DNA of 64,000 nt from a virus (IMGVR_UViG_3300043447_000710:88641-152640), one strand, 5' to 3'; counted from the stretch's first letter, positions 1 to 11,473 are shown. Notes: generated by a model from the letters alone, not told the origin. Translations and numbers: made by a program.

Positions 1-3000
1 GACTAAAGGAGTAAAGCTAGACGCAGAGTCAGAAACTTTGACTTCCGTTCTTCTAGGCATACTTAATAAGACTCAATCTTCGAACTACAGTAAAGATTCT
101 GAAGAAACGATCGTATCTCAATCTGCAAATCTCAGATCGCTATTAATTCGAGAAACACTAAAATCAGCTGTCGATCTACATCTGCGTTCGGCAACTCGCC
201 GCGACACGCTAGCGACCAACTCTTCTAATTATACGATTGCCGCTCAGCCTACTAATTTAGGCTTTATGCAGTTAGCGATCGTTCAACGTACCGACGCTGC
301 TAAGCAGCGAACTAGTTACTCCTTTGGGGTACAGCTGTTCGCTCTTGCAGGTACTGGAATGAGCCCGGTACTCCCAATCGGGATTGGAACTAGATTGCCA
401 AATGAATGGAAGCAAGCATATCTGCAGAGGCTAAACCGAAACTCAGCGCACCCTAATTCATTACCCGATAGTATGGGCGAAGCGTTACTTACCCCATTTG
501 GGTTTTTAACTTACGATCCTAACTCACACGTTAGTAAATCGTTAATGGCTATAGGTTCTCTGACGTACTTACAATCTGCACTTACTTATACTGACGACAA
601 GCTTGCTAAATATGGAACTCCATTAGCTAACAAATCTAAGAATCAATTAGACTTAGATGACTTTAGAAAAGTCGCTAAGTTAGGTTTGCATCTAACCGAA
701 GCCGCTTTAAGATACGGGTTGGCTTTGTCAGACTTTCTACCTAAGATGGCAATCTCAGGTTTAAGAGCTGGACTCAAAGATATTCCGAGTCCTAAAGATA
801 TAGGCGTTCTTAGAGTACTAGGAAGATCTATTTACCGCCACCGCTACGGAATCTTAGGTTACGCAATCGGCGTTGCTATGACCGATCCAACTTTAGGAGT
901 CGAATCGGTAGACGAGACCGACTCTAGAGTACTGCAACACCCGTTTGCGACGGGCGGCGCTAGATTTACGGCTGCGGCTTCTGCAGCAGTATTTGGTTCT
1001 TTATTAGCTGACGATCTAGGGCTGACAGGAACCCGACCTAATTCGCTAACTGCTAGAATCCTACCTAAGATATTTAGTTATCAGCAAACTTTAAATTCTG
1101 TTGAAGCCACAGCACTTCAAAAGTCCGCCGCTAAAGTAGGCGTTATTGCGGCTGGATTATTTGCTGTCAATATTACAGCTTCAGCAATTTCGAGAACTAT
1201 CGGTCAAATTGGAGGCGAGGCGGGGTTAGAAGCTGCGTATCAAACTGTAGGGCTGCTTCGTTTATTATCAGGTGTTTCTGCTAGTGAGTACAGACAGCGC
1301 AAAGGTAACGTCCTAGGAGATCTAATTGGCGATGTAATAACTAAGATTCCTTTTATCGGCCAACCGTTAGCAGATCTTACTGGCTTCTACTCCAAGCCGC
1401 CCAATCCTTACCTACCAGTATTCGGCACTCCATTTGGATTTAGTTACGGAGAAGACGGTAATAGTAGAGCTTACGCCCAGTCTCAAAGCGGTACTATCGA
1501 CTTAAGCGCGTCAGCCTATTCTAAAGGCAAGGGTGATGAATCTAAATCTCTGCTGCAGTTATTTCAAAATCTCGAACGCGCGAACCTAGAAAACGTTACT
1601 AACCCAGACGCTCTAGCTTATGCGTTATTGTTAGGCGGCGCGCCAAGAACCAAACGAATCAAAGTCTCTCAACTTTCTCGTTATGGAACATCTACTTTGC
1701 GTAGTTCTGGTTTACAAAGAGCGCTGAGACTGAGACAAGCACTAACAGAAAATTTAATCAATCAACGTCCTGGCGAGTACTTACTTAAAGAAATATACTC
1801 ACAACACAAAGTAGGGCTGGCAAATATTTGGAACGGCTCTGGTTACGACAGAGTAACTAGCGTTCTAGGAATGAATTGGGGACAGCAGATGAATTTCGTT
1901 CCAGTTGTTTCTAAAACCCTGGGAGCTAAAACCAGTTATGAAGTTTTTGCTGCGTCTATTGAAGGAGAAACTGCAAGTGCTAGAGTCCAAGAGATTACAA
2001 ATCCTTGGCACAGTCTGCAGGGTATGTATGATTCGTATACTCCCAGTAATAAAAAAGATTCGCCTAATGCAATCGGTGTCGGCATTCTTAGTGCTGTAGG
2101 TACCGGACTATCTATCGTAGTGGCGGCTAGTACTACTGTAGGTTTATTAGAAACTGTTGGTGCTGTTGAAACGGTTAAGTACGGGCGCTCGTTAAATAGA
2201 ATTCAAAGTCAAAGATTAGAAAGTGTCGATGCCTTTCTAACTAGAAACAGACTTGACATAAGAGCTGATGTTAACAATTTTGATAAGGCAGTTGCTAGTA
2301 ATAAGTACGACCGTAGTGGCTCTGGCTTTACTAGAGCTTTCGATCTCAAATCCCAACGGCTCAATGTCAAACAACTCCAACAAGCTTACAAACAAACTCT
2401 TAATAGGATCGAAACATACTTTAAGACAGATCCTTCAGACTTACTATACGCCGCCAAACTAAATGGTGCCACGGTTAATGCTTTTGACGAACTACTAACC
2501 GGAAACTATCAATCTGGAAAAGAGATCTTACACTCGAAGTTTCTAAAACTGATTGCAGCAGATTCCGTGAGCGCGAAAAATAGCGGCATTCTTAACGTTC
2601 CTGTAGGCAATACTAACTATCGCAGTTTATTTCTCGACATCGATAAGTCTATGTCTGCGACTGCTTACGCTCAAAGCTTTCTGTCTGTAGAAATTTACGA
2701 CGTTCTAGAACAAAAAGCTAGAGAGTTAAATTTGCGTAAGGACCTGTCGGCTTTTCAAAAAAGAGAGTTATTACTAGCTGCTAAAAATAAGCTAGAAATG
2801 ACTTTACTAGAACGTCATGTTTTAGGAATGCCTACTAATTCCTTAGTAGAAGCAGACTTAGTGCCAGAGATAGCCCCTAGAGGATCGGGATTTTCATCTA
2901 CGTTAAAGCGGGCGGCTTCTGGAGGAGGACTGTTACTTTCTGGATATATGGGAGTTGGAAAGCCGGCTTATGCTTTAGCTGAAAGTACTACGATTTTATT

Positions 3001-6000
3001 ATCGTCAGACCGTCGCTTACATAAATACGCCGCGCGTAAATTTTATGATACTTCTTTAGAACTAGGACTTTCCTTAGCAACTCAAAAGGTAATCTCTAAA
3101 GCTTTTGGCGGAAAGATGTTTTCTTTAGGAACTTTAGCCGCGACTATTGGTGTCAGCCTGGGAGCAAACATATTATTCGATCGCATCAAACAAGCTGCAT
3201 GGGGGAAAGGAATAGCTAGAGGGGAAGAATGGGTCGCACGATTAGCTTCTAAAGGAATCGCTACTGTCGCAGATATTGTCTCTTACCTTCCAGGCATATC
3301 TCACTTGGGTAGCTTTTTTGCCGATACTGTGTTTAAGCCGACAGGCTTAAAAATAGCAGGAGCTTATAATGCCGCCAGCAATAAAAGTCTGGCGGATGGC
3401 ATCATAGCAGAACTACTTTTACCAGAGTCGATCTATAAACGTAATAACTTCATTCCTAAAGGCTCTCGCTGGGGAACTCAATACATCAGTTCGCCTTGGG
3501 TAACTACAGACTTAACCGCTTATTATCAAGCTCAGCGTAATAGTGAAGTGAAAGCTACGATGTACGCAACGCCTGTTAATCTGGGCGTCAACGACTATCT
3601 AGCCAGCGATATTCAAAGTAGCGATTATTATCAAAACGTCCTATACGAACGGTGGTTCAAGCAACGAATCGATGGAACTCCTTCTCCGCTAACCAACTTT
3701 GCAATCCATCAGCACAACCAGATTAGTGAAGGGACTTTGAGAGGCTTACAAAACAGAGCTTCATTAAAAGGGTATTACCAATACGGAAAAGATTTTCGTA
3801 AAGCTGCTTCTCCTTATTATGATTATGTCTCTCAAGCATTATTTGGAACCGGAACTACTAACGAACTATTAAGAATTGCTACTCATGCCAACGCTAGCAG
3901 CGCTAGGGTTTTAGCTGACAGCTATGCAGGCATAGACAAGTACGCAATCGATCCCGCTCAAAGAGTCGTTAAAGGTCTAGGCAGAAGAGCTATTGGCGGT
4001 TATTTAATTGCTATTTCTAAAATACCGGCTAGAACGCCTTCTAGAGTTAAATCGCTGCTTTCGTTACCTAGCAACGTTATAAGCCGCCTGGGTAGTTGGT
4101 TGGGTAATACTTTAGGCGGAGTCAAAACAGTGTCTTCGGTAGTAGCTGGAACTACTGTAGTTACAGTAAGAGATTTGACAGCACAAGCAACCGCAGACAT
4201 CGAAACTAAATTAGCTAAATCAACGGTTTATTTAGAGCGGAACATCGCTCCTACAGCCGCATATATTGGAATTAAAGCTTTACAGGCAACAGCTTTCGTA
4301 CTTGGGAGTGCTAGCAGACTAGCATTGACAGGGCTATCTAAGATTCCTACTAAAGATCTGCCTACTCTACCAGAGTACAATCGCCCGCGCGTTAACTTTA
4401 ACGTTCCTGTAGCTTGGACGAAAGATAATACTAGGCTTATAAATACTGCTAGTGCGACTTGGAAAACGTTTTCAGGTCATTTACCTTTATGGTTAGACCT
4501 AGCTAGCTTGCTACCTTCGACATTAAGTTTGCAGAGTCTTGGAAATCCCAATCAAACTAAGATGGAGGTATTAGCTACATACGAACGGCAAGGTGCCACA
4601 GTGGCAGGAACTCTATCTGGGTTAGCTTTGGCAGCGACACGGGCTAATTTATTAACTTCCGTAGTAGCGGCTCTAGCAACCTCTTACGTAGGAGGAAGGT
4701 TAGCAAGAGCTGCAGGTAGTTCTGACTATGATAAGAACGAAACTACCTATCAAACTTTATTGACTGTGACTGGCTACTTAACTATGGGCTTGAGTGCCGC
4801 TCAGTCTTTATGGGCCTTTCACCGGCGGCTGGCTACTTACGATAATCACGTTGAGATAATTACCGATTCAGACGGTAACAAGACAGCCAGCGTTAACTTT
4901 GACGAAAAGATGTTAAAGCGGCAAGGCTATCTGCAAACTAGACGCCAGAAATTAATTACTTCGCCAAACAGCAGCTATAAAAATCAACAGCTGGCTAGGA
5001 TCGATCGGGAATTGATGCAAATTCATTACGAGAAAGCTCACGAATTCGCACATAACGAACAGTTTCAAGACGGACAATTTAAGTCTATCCCACTTCAAGA
5101 CCCGGTATCTGCTAGAGTCGAACAAAGACTTCGAAGATTGGCTACACTTTCAGCTCAAGAACGGCTTTATCAAGAACCGTTCCTAAACGAAAATAATTAT
5201 AACGAGATTTACGAACGCGAGTATGAAGCTCAACGGCGCGCTTACGCTAATGTAGAACAAAGAATTAAAGCTGGAGATTATAATTTAGCTACTCCAGAAC
5301 GTTACTTAGAACACTATTTAGATCTAACAGAACGCCAACTTACTAGAGCTAGGGGTTTCGAACGCAACCCAACCCCAGCAGTTACTAACGCCGACCCAAT
5401 TACAAAACTGTATTCACCGCTTTCAAACCAAGTCAGTCAGGTGCATACTGGTGTAAACTCAAGCCATTTTGAAAAGTTTGGTAGATTAATTTCTAGCGGC
5501 GCTACTAGCTCTGATAGGTTATTAAGCGGCGCCCAAACGTTAATCGCTTTACCAGTAGCAATTGCTGAAAGTAGTTCCGACCGTGAAAGCCTACAACTAA
5601 TTACAGCTAGTTATTATGGTAGAGCTAACCTCCGTCAAGTAAAGACAGGACTGCAAAACCGCGCCAAGGAAAAAGTTAGATATCAAACGTCAAACGTCAC
5701 CGGGTGGGTACTTGGAGTTACAGCTAAGTCTGCCGTAACTAAACTAGGAATTACTTTGTATTCGAGTCTCGGAGCTTTTGGAGGTAGCGTTCCGTTTACA
5801 GAACTACCTTTAATGCCCACTTTTCTCGGCGACACCATTTCTAATTTTTATACAGATTACCAAGTACAACGTCTAAGAAACGGAAACGCAGCTTTAGACA
5901 TTGGTACTTTACCTTCAGGCTCGCTATCGATGCTACGGCAACATTACATCGATACAGCGCTAGCTGTTAAATCAGGAGAAAAGATTAGAGCTGGACTTAG

Positions 6001-9000
6001 CGCGGCTAAGAGTTGGTTGAGCCATAGCAAATTTACAAAATGGGGAGTATCAGGCAGTGCCGGTTTAGCGACAAAAGGGATTAAAGCTGTAAGTTGGGCA
6101 CTGTCAAAACTTGCCAAGCCGCTAATAGGTCTACTTACCACACCAAGAATCTCTGGAGTTGTCAATAGACTAGCCACTGAAACTATTAGTAGAGTTTCTC
6201 AGTATAGTAAATGGCAAAGACTGTATGCTGCTTGGAATAAAGCTGGGTTTAAAGGTATCGACGCAGTTACCGGGCTTACTAGTAAGTATGCTTCTGCAAC
6301 TATCGCGCGCAGACTTAAACTCGATCGAACTACAGTTTTAGGTTTAAAAATCGCTAGTCTTCCTCAGCGCGGATTTAATTTAGCTCATAACTTGATACGC
6401 AGGTTAGACATGGTTAGGACTAGCTTTGTCGCCAGCATTGAAGATTACGGTCTTAATAAACTAGCTAATTATAGACCAGCTACTTCAAAACCGTGGCTGA
6501 CAGCAGCGATCTCTAAGGCCGGCAATTTTGTTAGATGGTTCGACAGATATCAGCTCCCAGCAAATCAGATAACTACGGCTACGGCTGCTACTTCTATAGC
6601 TAGCCAGAGTACTACTGTAGTCGCCTCCAAATCATCTTGGCTGATTAATAGTGGCAAAGCTTTAATGCCAGTCTTTAAAACCGTTTTTGGTTTAGCTGCT
6701 ATTGCTGCTATCTATCAAACTCAAGGCCCGCAAACTGCAGCAGTTACAGCTTTTGTTGGCGGGATAATTTACGGCGCTGCAAAACTCAGTAAGGGAACTA
6801 TAGTTGGCAAAGCTATTGGAGCGCAAGTTTTAAAAGAAGGTGCCTTTGGTTCCTTACTTAAAGGTGTTAGCGTTGGTATAGACACTAGCGAGATAGTCAA
6901 AGCTTCTCTAACCTTAGCGATCTCACCTTCTCGTAAACTATCTCGTCCGTTATTACAAATTGCTTACAATCAAGGTAGTTCTGGCACGGCTGGCTTGATG
7001 ACTACTTTTACTTACATACCCAGATTTGGTATCGTTGGAGGCTTGACAGCAGGCTTTACTAGCAGCGTAGTAATGGGTGCGGTTTCAGAACGGCAAGCAG
7101 ATTACCGCTACGAACAGTTGCGCCAAGGGGAAATTACTAGCCTTTTGCCCTACGCGAGCAGAGATATTTTACGCCCAGCTATCGAACAGACTTTATTGAT
7201 TAATAGCTTGGGTACTCTTTACGAAGCCGCTTGGAAAACAAAACGCGGACAAAAGCTTAGCGCCGCTATTAATAAGATCAAACCAATAGGAGCTTGGCAG
7301 CGGCTAGTTGATAGATTTCATTTTAGCTTTGTTAAGACAATCGCTCAAAGAGCGCAGCGCGCTTTCGGCGACGGTTGGCGCAAAACTACAGACGCTCTGT
7401 TTAAAGCCGCAGAAAAAGTAGGGCCTTGGCTAAGCAAAGTCGCAGGTAAGATTTTAACAGTCCTTCGAGTCGGCGAGATAGCTTACGGTACGCATCAAAT
7501 ATTTAGCGCTCGTAATTCTAAAGAGCGTAAAGAAGGTTATAAGTTATTAGGTGGAGCGTTAGGTTCGCTAGCCCTTGGTGCTGTAGTAGGCGTTCTTACC
7601 GCGCCGGCAGAAGGCGCCCCAGGTGTAGGTACTGCGTTCCATATCGGAGCTACAATAGCCGCTTCAATGCTCGGTAATACGATAGGAGAAGCTACAGGCG
7701 GTTGGATCGCAGATAGTCACGAGACATTATCTAAAGCTGGAGGCTGGGCTACAAAAGGCATAACAGAATTTCTCTTTGGAGCACCAGCCCAAGCAGCAGA
7801 TTTGTACGCGACCAAGCCCGATCGATCGAACTCTAGAGCATGGTATGAAACAGCTATAGATATTACAGGCTCTACAATCGAACGCGCAAATCTAGGTATA
7901 AAAGCTAAAGTCGATAATCTAGGTTCTCATCTAAGAAGATTTTGGCGCAGCTCTAAATTAGCCTGGGGTAGATTTAATAGAGAAGTAAAAGATAGATTTA
8001 TTACAGGGTATAAAAAAGCTAAAGCTTTAGCCACTACTACAGTAGATAACTTACAAAATACTTTTTTAGGTAGCGGAGGATCTGTTACCGAAGTAACAGC
8101 ATCTACTTACACTCCTGGTGGCGGAGGTATGGAAGGTAAGGAGATAGACGCTCGTGGGCGAAAACTTACCCGTCATGATTATGCAGTTGCGATACCAGCT
8201 CAGAACTTGGTCAAGGATCAAATACCTTACGGGTCTATAGTAGAAATTATTTATAAGGGTAAGACAGTTAAAGCAACAGTTACAGATGGCGGTCCTTACG
8301 TACCCGGTCGGCAGTTAGACATTACTCAAGCTGCTGCTAGAGCGATCGGTTTTAATGGCGTCGATAAAGTAGGAGTTAGATTGGTAAGTATACCTAAGGG
8401 AGCCGATCCTAACAAGACTTATTACTTTGGGGAGGCTACATACCGGCCTAAGTTTGGGCCCAATAACGGCATTTCTATTAGTGAAGCTAATAAAGCCGTG
8501 GCTTCTGTAGTACAAGGATCTAAAACCTTAAGATTGAATTCTAGTGGAAACCAAGGATTTGCTTCGATAAGAAATGGCTCTACTTTACTTAATAGTACTA
8601 GAGCTATTTATATTTCAGCAGGCCACTTAGCAGATGCGAGTACTGGTGAAGGCGGCGCTGTTAACGGTATTAGTTCGACGGTTACCTATACAGATAGAAC
8701 CGGTAGATCTAGAAAAGTAAATGGAGTAACGGCAGAAGGTGTCGCTAACTTAGCTGTGGCCGAACGTTTGATTGAAGTAGGAAGAAGTCGAGGATTTAAC
8801 TTAGTTTCTGGCTTGCCTAGCGAGAGTGGTTTAGGAACTCATCTACGAACTTTAGGCAGCATTAGATCTCAAGGCAATGAAGTTCTAGAAATTCATTTTG
8901 ACGACAGGGATAACGGCAGACCAGGACTGATTGCTAGTCCTAGCAATACTCAATTAGAACGAGACCTAGCTAAAGTTTATGGTTATTACGCAAACAGCTC

Positions 9001-10141
9001 TAAGTTTGGAGCACCTAAAAGCCAAGGAGGTATGTCGAGATTTGCTGGCGGTCTTGGCAGCTATAAGGCTAACGTACCGCTTTTAGAAATAGGTAGGTTG
9101 AATTACAAAGACAAATTTGGAAGCTTAGTAATGAAGTATCAGCAAGCGTTAGCTACTGGAGACTCTGCTAAGATTTCAGCAGCTAAGCAAGCAATGAACG
9201 CTGAGATAGACGCCAGAATATTACCTGGACTTCTCAAAGGTTTAGGTTCTAACGAATCCAGATCTGTGAATACTTCTGTACCTTCTGAGTTAGTTAAACC
9301 AGTAGCCAAGCTGCCTGTAGGTGCTGGTAGTAACATCCCTAGTTTTATGCAGCCAATAATCTCTGGAAAGGTAGTAGTTAGTAGAACCAATCAAACAGAT
9401 GGGAATGGTTTAGAAAAATTGCAAATAACTACTTATGACAAATCTGGTAGAGCTGTATTTACTGGTTTTGTAAATTCTGGTAGAAGCGATCGCCAAGTCT
9501 TTAAGGGCAGCGGCCAAAGTCAAGCAGGTTCGCAAATGCCGTTGGAGTACGGTACTTATAATATAGGTAAGGAAACGGCTGGCTTAAGTAAGTCAGTAGG
9601 TAAAACTTTCGTACCGATAACTCCGCAGTTTGCAAGTCAGCGCACGGCTCTAGGAATACATCTAGACGCAGATCGTCAGCTTAAGCCAGGAACTGAAGGC
9701 TGCTTGGCTTTTGCGAACCAAGCAGACCTCGACGCTTTCAGAAAATCTCTAGCAAGCACTGGTGTAAGACAACTAATCTTTAAAGACGTACTGGAACGCT
9801 CTTACGAACGGATCTCTCAACAGCAGGTAAATAAAGCTGTTGCTAATGGTAACGGCAAGTTAAGAGAACCGTTTAAACCCGTTCGTAATCGTTCTAAGGC
9901 TAGCTCTAAAAGCAAGGCTACTGTCGTAGTTTCTGTAGGTAAGAAACGTTCGGCAGTTCCACTACCAGCAGATAAACCAAGACAAGCTTCAGCTACTCAA
10001 ATTAAAGCTTCTGTTTCGATAGACAACGGAGAGCTATTAGCTACTGCGAAGTTAGACATACATCCTGATGCCGCTCTAATTAACGTTAATCAACCGGCAA
10101 GCTATAGAACTATCGGCGATTACACCGTACCTTTAGCTTGA
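1..10141 (+). CDS. Giant virion (tape-measure/ejection-like) protein, 5'-truncated, with C-terminal RlpA-like DPBB, Amidase_3-like and YkuD/L,D-transpeptidase-like domains
   Basis: Frame is open from base 2, so the start lies upstream of the window. Long Ala/Gly/Leu-rich helical body. DPBB motif TASTY...IPYGS...VTDGGPY...RQLDIT (~8090-8390). Amidase motifs IYISAGH/E/LEIHFD/LLEIG (~8600-9250). GIH...GTEGC (~9420-9790). Confidence 0.75.
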   Translation, partial: TKGVKLDAESETLTSVLLGILNKTQSSNYSKDSEETIVSQSANLRSLLIRETLKSAVDLHLRSATRRDTLATNSSNYTIAAQPTNLGFMQLAIVQRTDAAKQRTSYSFGVQLFALAGTGMSPVLPIGIGTRLPNEWKQAYLQRLNRNSAHPNSLPDSMGEALLTPFGFLTYDPNSHVSKSLMAIGSLTYLQSALTYTDDKLAKYGTPLANKSKNQLDLDDFRKVAKLGLHLTEAALRYGLALSDFLPKMAISGLRAGLKDIPSPKDIGVLRVLGRSIYRHRYGILGYAIGVAMTDPTLGVESVDETDSRVLQHPFATGGARFTAAASAAVFGSLLADDLGLTGTRPNSLTARILPKIFSYQQTLNSVEATALQKSAAKVGVIAAGLFAVNITASAISRTIGQIGGEAGLEAAYQTVGLLRLLSGVSASEYRQRKGNVLGDLIGDVITKIPFIGQPLADLTGFYSKPPNPYLPVFGTPFGFSYGEDGNSRAYAQSQSGTIDLSASAYSKGKGDESKSLLQLFQNLERANLENVTNPDALAYALLLGGAPRTKRIKVSQLSRYGTSTLRSSGLQRALRLRQALTENLINQRPGEYLLKEIYSQHKVGLANIWNGSGYDRVTSVLGMNWGQQMNFVPVVSKTLGAKTSYEVFAASIEGETASARVQEITNPWHSLQGMYDSYTPSNKKDSPNAIGVGILSAVGTGLSIVVAASTTVGLLETVGAVETVKYGRSLNRIQSQRLESVDAFLTRNRLDIRADVNNFDKAVASNKYDRSGSGFTRAFDLKSQRLNVKQLQQAYKQTLNRIETYFKTDPSDLLYAAKLNGATVNAFDELLTGNYQSGKEILHSKFLKLIAADSVSAKNSGILNVPVGNTNYRSLFLDIDKSMSATAYAQSFLSVEIYDVLEQKARELNLRKDLSAFQKRELLLAAKNKLEMTLLERHVLGMPTNSLVEADLVPEIAPRGSGFSSTLKRAASGGGLLLSGYMGVGKPAYALAESTTILLSSDRRLHKYAARKFYDTSLELGLSLATQKVISKAFGGKMFSLGTLAATIGVSLGANILFDRIKQAAWGKGIARGEEWVARLASKGIATVADIVSYLPGISHLGSFFADTVFKPTGLKIAGAYNAASNKSLADGIIAELLLPESIYKRNNFIPKGSRWGTQYISSPWVTTDLTAYYQAQRNSEVKATMYATPVNLGVNDYLASDIQSSDYYQNVLYERWFKQRIDGTPSPLTNFAIHQHNQISEGTLRGLQNRASLKGYYQYGKDFRKAASPYYDYVSQALFGTGTTNELLRIATHANASSARVLADSYAGIDKYAIDPAQRVVKGLGRRAIGGYLIAISKIPARTPSRVKSLLSLPSNVISRLGSWLGNTLGGVKTVSSVVAGTTVVTVRDLTAQATADIETKLAKSTVYLERNIAPTAAYIGIKALQATAFVLGSASRLALTGLSKIPTKDLPTLPEYNRPRVNFNVPVAWTKDNTRLINTASATWKTFSGHLPLWLDLASLLPSTLSLQSLGNPNQTKMEVLATYERQGATVAGTLSGLALAATRANLLTSVVAALATSYVGGRLARAAGSSDYDKNETTYQTLLTVTGYLTMGLSAAQSLWAFHRRLATYDNHVEIITDSDGNKTASVNFDEKMLKRQGYLQTRRQKLITSPNSSYKNQQLARIDRELMQIHYEKAHEFAHNEQFQDGQFKSIPLQDPVSARVEQRLRRLATLSAQERLYQEPFLNENNYNEIYEREYEAQRRAYANVEQRIKAGDYNLATPERYLEHYLDLTERQLTRARGFERNPTPAVTNADPITKLYSPLSNQVSQVHTGVNSSHFEKFGRLISSGATSSDRLLSGAQTLIALPVAIAESSSDRESLQLITASYYGRANLRQVKTGLQNRAKEKVRYQTSNVTGWVLGVTAKSAVTKLGITLYSSLGAFGGSVPFTELPLMPTFLGDTISNFYTDYQVQRLRNGNAALDIGTLPSGSLSMLRQHYIDTALAVKSGEKIRAGLSAAKSWLSHSKFTKWGVSGSAGLATKGIKAVSWALSKLAKPLIGLLTTPRISGVVNRLATETISRVSQYSKWQRLYAAWNKAGFKGIDAVTGLTSKYASATIARRLKLDRTTVLGLKIASLPQRGFNLAHNLIRRLDMVRTSFVASIEDYGLNKLANYRPATSKPWLTAAISKAGNFVRWFDRYQLPANQITTATAATSIASQSTTVVASKSSWLINSGKALMPVFKTVFGLAAIAAIYQTQGPQTAAVTAFVGGIIYGAAKLSKGTIVGKAIGAQVLKEGAFGSLLKGVSVGIDTSEIVKASLTLAISPSRKLSRPLLQIAYNQGSSGTAGLMTTFTYIPRFGIVGGLTAGFTSSVVMGAVSERQADYRYEQLRQGEITSLLPYASRDILRPAIEQTLLINSLGTLYEAAWKTKRGQKLSAAINKIKPIGAWQRLVDRFHFSFVKTIAQRAQRAFGDGWRKTTDALFKAAEKVGPWLSKVAGKILTVLRVGEIAYGTHQIFSARNSKERKEGYKLLGGALGSLALGAVVGVLTAPAEGAPGVGTAFHIGATIAASMLGNTIGEATGGWIADSHETLSKAGGWATKGITEFLFGAPAQAADLYATKPDRSNSRAWYETAIDITGSTIERANLGIKAKVDNLGSHLRRFWRSSKLAWGRFNREVKDRFITGYKKAKALATTTVDNLQNTFLGSGGSVTEVTASTYTPGGGGMEGKEIDARGRKLTRHDYAVAIPAQNLVKDQIPYGSIVEIIYKGKTVKATVTDGGPYVPGRQLDITQAAARAIGFNGVDKVGVRLVSIPKGADPNKTYYFGEATYRPKFGPNNGISISEANKAVASVVQGSKTLRLNSSGNQGFASIRNGSTLLNSTRAIYISAGHLADASTGEGGAVNGISSTVTYTDRTGRSRKVNGVTAEGVANLAVAERLIEVGRSRGFNLVSGLPSESGLGTHLRTLGSIRSQGNEVLEIHFDDRDNGRPGLIASPSNTQLERDLAKVYGYYANSSKFGAPKSQGGMSRFAGGLGSYKANVPLLEIGRLNYKDKFGSLVMKYQQALATGDSAKISAAKQAMNAEIDARILPGLLKGLGSNESRSVNTSVPSELVKPVAKLPVGAGSNIPSFMQPIISGKVVVSRTNQTDGNGLEKLQITTYDKSGRAVFTGFVNSGRSDRQVFKGSGQSQAGSQMPLEYGTYNIGKETAGLSKSVGKTFVPITPQFASQRTALGIHLDADRQLKPGTEGCLAFANQADLDAFRKSLASTGVRQLIFKDVLERSYERISQQQVNKAVANGNGKLREPFKPVRNRSKASSKSKATVVVSVGKKRSAVPLPADKPRQASATQIKASVSIDNGELLATAKLDIHPDAALINVNQPASYRTIGDYTVPLA

Positions 10142-10317
10142 ACGTTACCTTCGGCTTTTAATCTGTCAAAAGCAGCGTCTTCAACAAAAGTTTTAAGTTT
10201 TAAAGCAGCTTGTGTTTCGTTATCGCCTTCTTCAAGCTCCACACTCGCCTCAAATTTACCTGAGTTAAAATTACCCAGGTTTACGGTACGGGAATAGGTT
10301 AGGGTTTTAAATTGCAT
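10120..10317 (-). CDS. Small conserved phage hypothetical protein
   Basis: ATG ORF; the RTVNLGNF motif is typical of small phage proteins. Confidence 0.6.
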   Translation of the reverse strand: MQFKTLTYSRTVNLGNFNSGKFEASVELEEGDNETQAALKLKTFVEDAAFDRLKAEGNVQAKGTV

Positions 10318-10366
10318 AGTGTCAAAATGTAGTAATGTTGAATTGAAAAAAAAGCTATTTATCGCC

Positions 10367-11371
10367 CTAGCTTAAAAGCAGCTTAAGAGCGCGGGCGTGT
10401 AAATCGTTATCTTTAACAAACCATAACGACCGAACTTGAAGTTCTAGCTTACTTTGAAATTTAGACTTAACTCTGCGACGTTCTAATGTATCAAAGGTAC
10501 AGTAAGCACAAATAGCCTTGTACAAATCCCAGGCAGTTGGGTGCACTTTACCATACAAAGCAAGTCGAGCTTTGATTCTAACAACTTCAGGCAACTCATC
10601 TACAGTCCAGCGTTGCTCGCCATTGACTTTCAAAGCTTGAAGCTTACGTTCGAATAGAGTAGAAAATAACCAGTCCAAGTTAGTTGGAGTCAGAACGATT
10701 GACATTAACTTTTCGTAATCTGCTGCATCAGACTGCAAGCCTTCTTTAGCTTTTTCCACTTCCTTCTGCGTTTTAATTAATTTGTCCTTAACAGATTTAG
10801 TCTGTCTAATTTTTATAAACCTTAGCGAAAGAGGATTGAGAGAAGCAAGAATCGACTGTTCGCTAGCTAGCGTATTTAAAACGATAGTTTCTGCAGAACG
10901 ATCCGTATTGTGACAAAGAGTTAATAAGACGCGCTGTTCTAAACGATCGCCGTCGCTAAGAATTATTTCAGCACTATCTGTAAGCCGACAAATCAACCAC
11001 ACTATTCGGCCTTTTGCAAACATTCCTGCCGATTCAATATAAGCGACACCTTCTTCAAGGTACGGTTGAAACCCTTTAAAGGCTTCATGATTTTGAACTA
11101 AAGTAAACCCCTCACCGACGTCGCCTAAGTAGTCGTTGGTGTCAGCGCGGTGAATTGCGTACTTGCGCGTGTCTGTAAACTCACTAAGAATTCCTGTCAA
11201 CGGATCTGTAATCCAAGAATGTAATGGTGTTTTGTATACTTCCCACGCTGCTCCCGCTAAGGCTAAAGCTTCAATTGGATCGGTAATATTCGCATCCACT
11301 ACAGTTGCCAAGTCATCCCAAATAGGTCTGGCTCCTTCACGGACAAAGCAAGCTCGGTCTAATAACTGCAT
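10367..11371 (-). CDS. DUF932/LGT_TIGR03299-like phage protein
   Basis: EAL..AG..W.V.K, R.DT...LG.VG..F..VQN.EAF and IESAG....GR.VW motifs. Confidence 0.8.
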   Translation of the reverse strand: MQLLDRACFVREGARPIWDDLATVVDANITDPIEALALAGAAWEVYKTPLHSWITDPLTGILSEFTDTRKYAIHRADTNDYLGDVGEGFTLVQNHEAFKGFQPYLEEGVAYIESAGMFAKGRIVWLICRLTDSAEIILSDGDRLEQRVLLTLCHNTDRSAETIVLNTLASEQSILASLNPLSLRFIKIRQTKSVKDKLIKTQKEVEKAKEGLQSDAADYEKLMSIVLTPTNLDWLFSTLFERKLQALKVNGEQRWTVDELPEVVRIKARLALYGKVHPTAWDLYKAICAYCTFDTLERRRVKSKFQSKLELQVRSLWFVKDNDLHARALKLLLS

Positions 11372-11473
11372 AATTTTCCTTTTGAAATAGTAATAATTGT
11401 CGATCGACAGTTGAAAAGCTGCACTCTGGCTTACAACAAGTATTTAGCTGTACTTCTCGTTGCAGCAATAAAT

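Noticed and set aside
1905-9390. Short ORFs nested in or antisense to the giant gene (and similar ones within other long genes)
   Set aside because: Shadow frames with no independent evidence of coding.
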